In this document: positions 24,517 through 35,744 of the stretch, piece by piece
Layout of the letters: each line of letters starts with the position of its first letter
How positions within the stretch are numbered: the first letter of the stretch is position 1
Assembly: GCA_016748015.1 (NCBI GenBank)
Contig: JAAOMT010000429.1
Coordinates: 186,001-250,000 of the forward strand
Source: Geosiphon pyriformis uo1
Taxonomy: Eukaryota; Fungi; Glomeromycota
Length of the DNA stretch: 64,000 nt
Direction of reading: 5' to 3'
Notes under the pieces: model-generated
What the model was told of the DNA's origin: nothing
Databases searched by the model: none
The model's input: only the letters and a program-made list of their open reading frames with translations
Program-made: the position numbers and the translations under genes

Positions 24517-27500
24517 CTAATTTTGTCATATTCTTAAGAGACAATCAACATTGGTGTGGAGTTTTTCTGGTTTGTGGTATACAATATATCGGTAGTTGGC
24601 TAAAAATCCTGTCCATCGGGTTTGTTTTGCATTTAGCTGAGTGTTTTTGTTCTGAAACCATTTGAGTCCAATATTATCAGTGATAATAGCGAATTTTTTG
24701 GGTCTGAGGTAAAGGTTGAAATGATGTAGAGCCCAAATTACTGCTGCAGTTTCTAATTCTGTTGTAGAATAGTTCTTTTCAGCTGGTTTTAATGTTCTGC
24801 TAGCATAAGCAATTACTCACTCATTTTTATTGTCATCTAACTGTGATAGGATAGCACCAAAGGCAGTATAAAAGGCATCTGTTGCTAACTGGAATTAGTT
24901 GCTAAAATCTGGATAGACGAGAATTGGAGCTGTTATTAGTTTTTCTTTGAGGATTTCAAATGCATTTTGGTGTTTAGTAGTCTATTTGTGTTTGACGTTT
25001 TTGGTAGTAAGCTGGTTAAGAGGTTTTGTGATTTCTGAAAATCCTTTGATAAACTTCCGATAATAGGAGGCTAACCTATGAATCCTCTTAGTTCTGTAGT
25101 GTTTTAAGGAGTTTTGAAGTTTTTCACAGTACTGATTTTTCTAGGGTCCGGTTTGATTCCATCTTTACTAACAATATGACCAAAGAAGACCAAGTTTGTT
25201 TTTCCAAAGTAGCATTTTTCGATGTTGAGTTTCAGTCCTGCTTTTTGTAATCGTTAAAAAACTTCTCGCAGGTGTTTTAAGTGTAATTCAAATAATAGAG
25301 AATAAACATCAGTATCGTCAAGATAAACAACTACTGACTTCCAAAGAAGTCCTTTGTACACAATATCTATTAATCTCTGAAATGTTGCTGGTGCATTGCA
25401 CAATCTGAAAGGCATTACATTGAATTCGTAATTCTCTTCTTGGGTTGTGAATGCTGTTTTGGAATGATCTTTGGGGTTCATGGCAACTTGTCAGTATTTG
25501 CTTTTTAGATCTAGTGTTGAAAAGTATTTGGCCTTTCCAAGGACATCCAACATATTATCAATTCAGGAAAGAGGAAAGGCATCTCCAATGGTGACACTGT
25601 TGAGTTGTCAATAATCAACACAAAATCATATCTTTTCATTTTTTTTTTAACTAAGACCACAGGTAAGGCCCTAAACTTATTGATAGTTGAATAAGCCTAT
25701 TGTTGAGCATCCATTGTACTTCTTTGCAGATAAATTGGTGACTTTCTGGAGCAACTCAGTAGGCTTGCTGTCACCTTGGTTTGGCATCTCCTGTATAGAT
25801 TTGGTGTTGAACCAAATCAGTTCTTCCTAAGTTATTGTTGTTTTTGGCAAAGATATCGACAAATTCTACAATTAGCTCTTTAAGCTGGCTCTGTTGTTGT
25901 GGTTCAAGTTGTCCCATGTTGATTTGAGATAGTTTTTCCATGACAACATAGTAGTTTTCAGAGCTGGGGTTTGGGTTGATTTTTGGTAGTAAATGTCCAA
26001 TAATTTCAGAGAAATCAGAGACTGTTTGGGGTAATTCTTGTTGAAAAATATTACTGTGAATAACTCCAATTTATAAGTTATTTAATAAAACTATGAGGTA
26101 ATTATTGAGGTTGTAAAAAGTAACTCGGACTTTTTTTGTTCCTTCTGGGATGTAAATATTTGGGATTGAGATATTATGTTTCAAGCAGATTTGTTCATTG
26201 GACTCAAAAATTTGTTGAGTGATTGTTGGCTTTGAACAGGTATAGATTTTGAGATGTTCTCTGAAAGGTGAAATAGTGATTGGTTGGGGAAGGCATAAAA
26301 TCTGGTGAGACTCATTCTGTTTATTGAAAGCTATGTTTACTGGAACTGTAAATCGTCCAGTTGAACCAAAATCTTGTGTTCCTCTTTCACTTTTTTCCAA
26401 TTGTTCTTTTTGATTAACTAACTGTAAGCCCAAAATGTTGATTAAGGATAAATAGATAGCTTGAGCAATTTTTTTGGCATGTTCAATTTTGAAAGATTTA
26501 TTGGTTTCATTTTGAAGTATTACTGTTATGTTACCAGTATATTTAGCATCAATTATTCCTCCTTTAACATTGATTCCTTTGCTTGCCAGAGAGGACTAGG
26601 AGGCAATTTGAACCATTGCTTCTGACAGGATTTCGAGGGCAATTTTGAAGTTGATTTTTGTGAGAGATTTGGGTTTGAGAACAAGAGTATCCTTGTTTGA
26701 ATATCTTAGGTCATATCTAGCATCAATTTCATATGCTTTTTTGGCTTTTATTCCTTGTCCATTGTTGTTGAAGTATTTGAGTTGTAAGGCAGACTGATTT
26801 TTGATAAGATAGATAGGTGTTGTTTCAATTTCTTCTGTTGCTTTAAGTTCTCCAAATTCAATTTCATTTTCATCGTTTTCACTGGGCAGGAGAATGCTAA
26901 GAGCATAGCATTCAGGGCACCATTGCTCATCACAAAGCATTATGTATTCTTCACACAATTTAATGTTCATTTGCTTTAGCTATTGGGCTTGAGCTTCTTT
27001 GGTCGAGTAAGTGTGACTGGCAATTTAGTGATATACTTCTACTTCATCTTTGTAGTTGTATCTAGCAATTTCAAAGGTGTATGCAATGTATTCTGATTCT
27101 TTTATTTGACAAACATTTTTTTGAGTGACTCCATTAATTAAAGCCATTGCTAGATTGAAAATTATTTCGGCATTGTGAGGGTAATGGTACAGTTTGTTGA
27201 GGGTGCTGTTGTAAGTAGCATCAAAAGGGGTTCCTTTTGTTACTTTTTCTGAGATTAAAAAGGCATATTGGCATGTTTGATTGCAGACTTCTTCTCTGAA
27301 TGCAACATTAATCCAGTCGTATTCATCAGGTAATCATTCTCCACAAGTCAAACAGGGCGTTCTGTCCTATTTTTCACTTCTTTTGACTAGGTGTTTCCAT
27401 TGTTCTCGGTGGCAGGATTTGTAATAGTAACAGGTATGGTTTCTGTATTCTTCTTCAGGTGAAATACAAGCTCCCATTGATGAGAGTTTCTTGTGGCAAT

Positions 27501-30114
27501 CTTTGCATTTGAATGAAATGTAAGGGCATTGTTTTTGTGGTTCTGGTTTTGAATAGGGGACATTCCATCTGGATGTCACTGGTTCTTTTGTTTTAAGAAA
27601 ATTGTTTGTTGAAAAATACTGTTGTTCAGTTTCATTAGCCCAATTGGAGGTTGATTCAAGTGTCATAAATGTTTCAATGATGGGTTTTTCTTCTTCTAGT
27701 TTGAATTCAAAAGCTGAGGTTTTTTCGGAGCATTTGTTGAATGTATCACAAGTGATAGGTACTCAGGCATGTTGTTCTTGGTAGGAGATTGTTAACTCTT
27801 GTGTCTCCCAATTCAGATTAGCATTGGCTTTTTGGAGCCAATTATTTCCAACAAGAGCTTGGTATTGGGGAGCATTCATGACCAAAACTTTGACTGGAAT
27901 GGTAATTCCATCAATTGTGAATAGAAAGTTGTCAATTTCTCCTACTGGAGTCTTTTTCATGCCATCAGCAGTAATGATTACTGTCTGAGCTGGTTGGTCA
28001 ATATTTTTTTTTAACTGTTGTATCAACTGGTAGGCAATGATGTTTTCAGCGGATCCACTGTCTAGGATCAAGCAAATTGCTTTTCCTTTGACTTTTGCTT
28101 CAGTGTACATAACAGTGATTGCTTTTTGTTTGTTGGTGGCTGCATTGCTAAGCAGAAATGGTGACTCATTTGCTTTGAACTCAAAAGAGAATATATCTGA
28201 AAGGTTGGCATTTTCAGCAATTTTGGCTGGTGGAATTGTGGTAGGAGTATAGGAAGTGTTTTGTTGTTGTGCTGCAGTTCTACCTTCTAAGAATGCAGTA
28301 TGGTAAAAATCCTGTTCTTCTGACATTGTAAGATAACTAGGTTGAGTATAATAATGGTTGGGTCTATGTTGATTCGAATTTTGAGTGGTTAATTGGTTGT
28401 TGGAATTTAATCTGTTTTTGTTTGTTGGAAAACGGTTTTGTGGTGTAAATTGATTATGTTGAACCAATCTTCTAGCTGGCACTTGATATTGTGGTGTAGA
28501 TAGTTGTTGATACTGTTGTTGAATTGGTTGTGGAGCAGGTTGATAATAGTGGTTTGGATATTGTGGCCTTGGTAAATATTGAGCTGGTGGTGGTGGATAA
28601 TATGATTGTTGTGGTTGAAAATAATGTTGATTATTTTTCTGTTGTTGGTCTCATTGCAATTTTCTACAATTGCATTTCCAGTGTCCTGAAATTCCACAAT
28701 AATGACAATTTTGGATTTCATTGTTGAATGTTGGTCCAAAGTTGTTTTGATTGCATCGTTGTGGGGGTTGGTATGTTTGTGATTGTTGTGATTGCTGTGA
28801 CGGCTGTTGTTGCTGTTGGTTGGTGAAGTAGTTTTCAACTTTTTTGGTTAATTGGTCAATTTTTTCTTCAGCTGCTAAGCTGGTTTCTCTAATAGCCAGG
28901 TTAACAAGTTTGGTACAGTTGGCTTCTTTCATGGCCATTTCATAGTTTTTTGCCTGTTAAATAGCAGTGGCTAAATCTTCTGGTGCATGTGAGTGAACTT
29001 TCTTGATAAGTTTGTTTTTTAGTCCAGCAATGAATTGATCCAAGATTTTTGCATTGGAGTAGTATTCATTGGTTTCTAATTGGTGAATCCTTCTAAGCAG
29101 TTTGTTAAATTTCTCAAGATAGATCATAACTGATTCATTTGGTTCTTGCTTGATATTTTGGAACCAATTTCGAAGGGTGATGAAAGTGTTATTGTCAGTG
29201 AACTGTTCTAGAAAAGCAGTTTTGAATGCTTCCCAGTGTTCTGGTAGGGCTTTCAAGTTTTCAAACCATTTACTGGCTGTTCTTTGTAAGAAGTATGGAA
29301 TTGCTTTTAACATTCTGGCAGCATTCCAACCATTTGCATCTCCTGCTTTTAAGACTTTGTCAAGCCATTTTTGAGGACTGGTTTCACTGTCTTCTTCTGT
29401 GAACTCAGGAATTTTTGTGATATATGTGGAGACTATTTCTTTTTTGTTTTCTGAGTCTTCTGTTTCTTGTTTTGATTTGGTCTCTTTACTTCGATTTTCT
29501 GCTAAGTAGTCAATAAGGTTTGTTTTGGTTAATATTGGTTTCTGTTGTTGAATAGGGCTTTTAAGTGACTGAAAATCTTTTATTCTTGAAAACCGAATAA
29601 GTGGTAAGCTTGATGTTTGTGGTTGAGCAAGTGAAACTGGAAATGGTGTGATTGAGAATGGTAATTTAAAGCTGGTTTCTTGTTCTGGAGTTTGTAAATG
29701 TTTGGTAGTGGTTTTAGGTGTATTGGGAGTAGTTCTGAGTTTTTGTTTCTTTTTTTCTTTTCCTTCTTCTGTTTCCAATTCAAAACCAAGAGAAAATTTC
29801 TGTTCTACTGGGTAATTCTCTTCACAATACTAAATGATATTGAAGTTGAGTTCTTGAAAATATGTTTCAAGTGTTTAACTGTTAAAATTCTGAGTGTTTA
29901 AATGAAAGTGATGTACTAAGCTTTCATATAAGTTGTGTCTAACTTTTGAAATGTTGTAGTCTCCAAAAAGATAATTGTTAATACAATTTTCAATGTACTG
30001 ATAAAGTGTTTTCTTGAATGTTTCAATTCCATCTGAAATGTTAAATCTCTGCTTACAGTGGGTATAGATTGACTGATAATACTCTAGAGTTCTTGAATCT
30101 GTTTGAGTTGCCAC
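24517..30114 (-). pseudogene. gag-protease-Cys-rich domain-dUTPase-RT-RNase H polyprotein
   Basis: Gag core and knuckle CHYCGISGHWKCNC; protease ILDSGS; RT YEFNVMPF and VVYLDD; RNase H LATDA..IAYASR..ELE..ITD. Gag through dUTPase lie in one frame. The probable start is GTG at 30114 in AAAGTGG context. Confidence 0.92.
26356..26790 (-). pseudogene. Trimeric dUTPase domain within the Gypsy pol
   Basis: All five motifs are recognisable: DARYDL, S*SS (RSS), GIIDAKYTG, KIAQ, ERGTQDFGSTG. Confidence 0.92.
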
Positions 30115-30150
30115 TTTTGAATTTGTTGTTGCTGTGTTATTTCTATAAAA

Positions 30151-30160
30151 GAGCACCAAA
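30151..30160 (-). promoter_or_regulatory. Primer-binding site TTTGGTGCTC
   Basis: Directly after the 5' LTR; TGG complements the tRNA CCA end. Confidence 0.75.
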
Positions 30161-31143
30161 TGTTACTGGAGGTTTTTGGTCTCTTTTTTTGAATGTTGTA
30201 ACTGTCTGTTGGTTGCAAATTCACGTTTTCTAGAAGTAGTTAAACCTCCAATAACTGAATTTATCTTTAAATTATCTCCTATAATTTGAACTGCTGGGCT
30301 TATAAATAGAATGGCCAATTCCGTGCCAGTTGCTTTGTGTAGTTATGTTGTAATAAACATCAACTTTTTTCCAGGAATTGCTTGTCTGAAAGCTCAACTA
30401 AAAATGTGTAGTTACTTTGTTGTGAAAGTCAACTTTTTTACAGGAATCTTGTCTGTAGGCTACCTTAATGATTATAATAAGAAAATAAAAAAAAGAAAAT
30501 AAAAAAAATGTAAAAGAAATAAAATTCTGTCAAGGGAAACGTTTTTTATCCAGGCCTGAAGTCACTAACAGTTTACTGAAATTGGTAGCTAATCAATTTC
30601 AAAACGTTAGTTGGGTTTTGGGGATTTTCCAAGTGCAATAATTAAAGAATTTGGTTTTTCAAATTATTTGATATTTATTTCTTTTTGTGTGTATAGAAAT
30701 GGTTTTAAGTAATAAATCTAAAATAAGATACATTTTCTCGAAGAGAGAAGCTCTTTTTTTATACAATTTGTCATAACACTATTCTATGAACTTGAACTTT
30801 GCTCTTTTCTATAATTTCACTAAATTAAAGATACATTTCGGTGAAATACAAGTTATTTCTGCAAACTATTAGATATTTCAGTGAACTATCAATTATTTTA
30901 GCAAATTTCTACAATTTTCGGTGAACTTTTGGATGTTACATATTTCGGGGTATTGCATGATTGATCATTGCACTTAGGTTACATTTATGTTATGTACAAA
31001 TTGGGTTATTAATTAAATAATAATTTTGAACATTTTGCTAATGTAATAAGTGATAATTTGAAACAATAATATATACTAATTAATGATACGAATTATAAGA
31101 GTAATTTCATGCTAAACAATATCTCTAATTTCGTCTGGTAACA
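30161..31143 (-). repeat. 5' LTR of Gypsy copy 2
   Basis: 983-bp direct repeat of 21293-22274. Confidence 0.95.
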
Positions 31144-31531
31144 GCATAATAATCAGTTTATTTTAATGTTTTTTATTTTTTGGTAAGTAATTTAATAAAT
31201 TAATTCTATGCTTATTTCAATATTTTTTACTAGACAATTTTTAATGTCATAATCTTAATGTTTTTCTTTAATTAATTAATAAAACAAAAACTCATAAAAA
31301 AAGATAACAAAAATAAAATTTAATATTTTGTTAATAGTTATAATTAAGAGTTATTATTTTAATATTATTATTATATATACATAAATCTTTGTAATATAAA
31401 ATTCTTAAAATTCTTAATAATTTCTATATTTTTCTTGAATTATTAAAATTTTTGAAATTTTTGATATTATATAATTTAATAATTTAACAATTTTTATTAT
31501 ATTATTGGTTAATTTATTTTATATTTTAATT

Positions 31532-33276
31532 TTCTGGTAGATTTTTACTGGTTTTAAAAGCAAAACAATCTCTTCTTGTTGGGTCACCTGTTCTTGAGAA
31601 CTGGGCTGATCAAATGAAAACTGAATCATTTCCTCCTCTAGTTTCTGGTGCTACTTCTGATGGTGTTTGGAAAACTATTGCTAGTCATTAGAGATTTGCT
31701 GAGTAGGTGGTCTCCACTCTGGTGTTTGGTGATACTTTTAAGATTAATTTGGCTTATGTTAAGGCTGTTTTTCAGTCAGTACATGGTTTCTTGGATGCAA
31801 AGTCAGTATTAAAAGACAATGTAAAGCTGTTTTGTGTGGAGTTTGCTTCTCAAGTGTCTTTGGAAGTTGCATCTTTGGTCGAGCTTACAAGCTCTATACA
31901 TTTGGCCACCCTCAAAATTGCCAAGTTTTTGGTGGTTTCTGAGTTTGGTTCCTCTTTTGCTGCTGTTGTGCTGTATGATGTGCCCTTAGGTGTATTTGCT
32001 GCTAACATTAAGACAGCTCTAAGTGTTTTTGGTGTGGTTATTTGTGTTGTGCTAAAGCCTACTAGTATTTGGCAATATGTAGTGGTTCATTTTAAGAATC
32101 TGGTTGCTGTTACATCTGCTCTTAATCACTGGTCAGTTTTGGTGGGCAAAAATAGTGTTCGGATTCTTCCTCTTGTGAATCAACAAAAAACAATTGTGTC
32201 TCGTGATAGGTTTAAGGCCAAGTTGGTCAACCTTCCTCCTGGCTACACTGCTTTTGAAATCAGTGACATGATTTCTTAAGTTGGTGGTCAAACTTGTTTT
32301 ATTCCTTGGTCTCCTGATTCTGGTCATTGTTTCTGCTTTGCTTTGGTCACATTTGGCTCTTAAGCTGATTTGGATCTTGCTATTGTCAAAACTGGTACAC
32401 TGAGAAAGTGCCATATCTGGTGAAAAACTTCTGATTGTAAGCACTGTTTTAGGTGCCAAGAGACTGGCCATCTGGCTGTTGACTGTAAAATGTTCTTGTT
32501 TTCTTCTTCTAAGACTCCCAAAGTATTTAACCCATTTGTTATAGGTAATGTTTTTTATGTTAAAGCTTCTGCCCCTCTAAATGTTTCTGGATTTCTTCTT
32601 TTGGTGACTTCTGATTTGCTGGCTTCTCCACTTGCTGCATCCTTTGCTGCTCTTGTTGCTGACTCTGTTGTTGAGCTTAGGTTGAATTCTATGGAAAAAC
32701 AGATTTTGGATCTGACTGCTTTGGTTAAGTCTGTTATTAAGCCAGTTGGTTCTTTGGTTACTTTGGTTACTACTTTTTTGAATGATAATGCTGTCAAGGC
32801 TCTAAAAGTTGAGAAAAATCTCCTGACTATGTGTAATGCCTTCAAGAGCTTTGCTGATCTTTTGGTTGGTATGTCTAAGAATTTTGCCAATCTTAAAACT
32901 GAGGTGGAGTTTGGTAATCTTGATGATGATAATATTGGTGCTGCCAAGACTTCTCTATTAAGCAATAACACAATTGACTATACAGTTGCTTTGTAGCAAA
33001 TGTGTGGTCCTAAAGTTAAAAGTAGCAGTAAGAAAACTAGATTGTTTTTTAGTGAGTTTATTTTTGATTCTAGAAATTTGAATGGTATTATTAAGAGACT
33101 TAGTAAGCTGGGTTTCTTTCTGACTTCTTTTGATTCAGCTTAATTGGTGTTTTGACTGACTTAAGTGGTTGATCACATATAGAAAGAGCATAAGACACAT
33201 TTAATTTGTAATCCTATAGGAATGCAGTGTTTTAGATAATGTTTGGGCACACTTTGTTAAAACATTAATAAAAAAA
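31532..33276 (+). mobile_element. ORF1-only non-autonomous retroelement (HAL1-like) with a LINE-type 3' tail and poly(A), probably 5'-truncated
   Basis: Single frame from about 31545 to 33143 with knuckle CFRCQETGHLAVDC and no ORF2. The tail at 33144-33276 is homologous to the LINE 3' UTRs. Candidate TSD ATATTTTAATT at 31521-31531 and 33276-33286. Confidence 0.8.
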
Positions 33277-33286
33277 TATTTTAATT

Positions 33287-33760
33287 ATTACTTATTTTTT
33301 AAATTATTTTATAAGTAATAATATTAATACAGTCTTATAATTAATATTAAAAAACTCAAACACATTATAAATATTTTGGTTAATAATAATAATAAACAAA
33401 AATTTATTGATAAAAATATAATCAATAATCTTTTTTATTCTTTTAAAATTGTTTTAAGTTAGAATTTACTTAAAAACAATTAGTAAAAGTATTATATAAT
33501 TTTAAATTCAAATATTTCTTAAAACTAATATTGTATTTGAAATTATTTTTATTTAAATTATTTTAATAATAAAAAAAAAATATTAAAAGCCTAATTTTAT
33601 CTTATATTAATAGATATTTTAGCATATAAACCAAGTATTATAACCAAAAAATTGTTTTTAAATAGCAAATAAACTAAAAAAATCAATTTAAAATTTTTAA
33701 AATCTTAAAAACATGTTTAATCAAATTACTATTTAATCTAAATAATCTAAATATTAATAT
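33287..33760 (-). mobile_element. Ghost LINE APE endonuclease region
   Basis: The minus strand reads LLFKNNFLVIILGLYAK and KKIIDYIFI..FEFFNINYKTV, versus LLFKNKLSVSILGLYAG and EKVIDFILV..GFFDTDHKSV. Confidence 0.75.
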
Positions 33761-33869
33761 TTTTAATAAATATAGTTTTTAAAATAAGATATAAAACTAT
33801 TTTAATAAGTTTGAATAAACAAAAAAAAACAGCTAAATATTTTTATTAATAGAATTTTAGTCATTAGTA

Positions 33870-34808
33870 AACATAAAATTACCCTTATAATTTCTATCAC
33901 TAATTAGCATATATTATTATTATTTCAATTATTACTTATTATTTAGTCAAATTATCAAATATTATTATTCAATTAATAATTTGATTTGTATGATACACAA
34001 TTACAATAATCAGATTATACAATATACCAAACTTTATAACATTCAAAAATTCGCCAAAATTTGTAGAAATGTGCAAAATATCTTAATAGTTCACTGAAAT
34101 TACTTATAGTTCATAAAAATAACTTGTAGTTTGTCAAAATATATTTTTAGTTCATTAAAATCATAACAAAAGTAAAAGTGCAAAATCATAACCTAGTGTT
34201 ATAACAAATTATATAAAAGAAAAAATTTTTTTTTTAAGAAAATATATCTTACTTTAAAATAAAAATTTTATTCAGAGTTATTTTTGTTCTTATAAATTAA
34301 TAAAACAAATACTTTAAAAAAACAAATTCTTTAATTAATTATACTTGAAATTCTTTGAAATTCAACTAATGTTTTGAAATTAATTAGCTATCAATTTCAG
34401 TAATCTATTAGTAACTTTAGGCCTAAACCAAAAAGATTTACTTAAACAAAATTCTATTTTTTTATATTTCTTTTATTTTTTTTACTTTTTTTATTATAAT
34501 TATTAGAATAGCTTACAAACAAGATTCTTGTAAAAGAGTTAACTTTTACAGCAAAGTAACTACACATTTTTAGTAAGCTTTTAAATGAGCAATTTCTAGA
34601 AAAAAGTTGACTTTTATTACAAAGTAACTATATAAATAACTGGTATAGAATTGGTCATTCTATTTATAAGCCTAGTAGTTTAAATTATAAAAGATAATTT
34701 GAAGATAAATTCAGTTATTAGAGGTTTACTAGCTTTCAATAATCATAAATTAACAGCAAATTAATATTAAAAACATTTAAGAAAAGAGACCAAAAACTTT
34801 TAGTAACA
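33870..34808 (+). repeat. Older solo LTR of the same Gypsy family (about 30 bp missing at the 5' end)
   Basis: Aligns along the LTR and ends aaaagagaccaaaaacttttagtaaca; more AT-shifted than the other three; no internal domains next to it. Confidence 0.9.
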
Positions 34809-35389
34809 ATATATAGTTTTAAAAAATATATATAAATCATTTTTTATAAAACTATAAATATTATTAAATCTTTATAGTATTATTTAAAAACTTTTTACTA
34901 AACAGTATATATTATAATAAAAAAATATTATAAAAAAAGACAAAATATTCAGAAAAATTGTAAATTAATTGAAGAAATATTTTGACAAATAAAATTATTA
35001 TTTTTTAATAATGTTTTTAATTATAGATACAAAAATCATTAAAAAAAAAATTAGTTAATAATATAATATAATTTTAATAGTTAAATCTGAATATATTCAC
35101 AAATTTTAAACCAAACTTAAATCAAATTTGTTGTTTAGATTCAAGTTTAGTATAGATTTAGTAATTTTAAGTTCAGTTTAAATTCAAGTTCAAAATTTAG
35201 TCGAAATTTTTATTTAAGTTTAATTTAATTTAATAGTTTGATTAAACTCAAACTAAATTAAACTAAACATGAGAATTTTAGTATTTATAATTAATTGGTT
35301 AAGACTTATTTAGTTTTTAATAACAATAAAATAACTATTACTAAGATGATTAATTTTGTTTATTATATTATTGTTAATTATTATACTAA

Positions 35390-35742
35390 CTATATAATTG
35401 GTTAAATTTAATTACAGGCTTTGAAAAAAAATAGTATTTTAGTGTTTAATAACTTTGTTTTTTTTGGTTTTTAGTTTGTCAATTCTGCTGTCAGACAATA
35501 TTATTTGTATATTTAATGTTTGTAAAGTGTTTAAAGTTATGTTTTATATGTATTTTTTGTGTTTATTTTATTTTGGTGTGAATAATAACATATAATTTTA
35601 AATAAATTCATAATGTTGTCTTAATTAATTCAAGTAGCTAATTATATATAAAATGTACATAATTTGTATTTAGTTTAAAACACTTAGTAATTATATTGTA
35701 TTAAATAGCAAATGAGTTTTATTTATAAAATAAATAAAAAAA
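35390..35742 (+). mobile_element. 5'-truncated, decayed LINE 3' end (ORF2 C-terminus, 3' UTR, poly(A))
   Basis: 35611-35742 aligns with the LINE 1 tail at 5232-5364 (aagtagctaattatatata ... ttaaatagca ... aataaaaaaa). The left boundary is approximate. Confidence 0.75.
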
Positions 35743-35744
35743 TT

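Larger units (their letters stand above)
21293..31143 (-). mobile_element. Ty3/Gypsy LTR retrotransposon copy 2, full length (9.85 kb), degenerate, encodes a dUTPase
   Basis: Paired LTRs with TGTTAC..GTAACA termini, 4-bp TSD GCAT (21289-21292 and 31144-31147), PBS and PPT present, domain order PR-RT-RH-INT. Confidence 0.97.

Noticed and set aside
552-32971. Many antisense or alternative-frame ORFs over the retroelements (e.g. 552-800, 10926-11432, 32555-32971)
   Set aside because: They are shadows of TE coding frames with no independent motifs.
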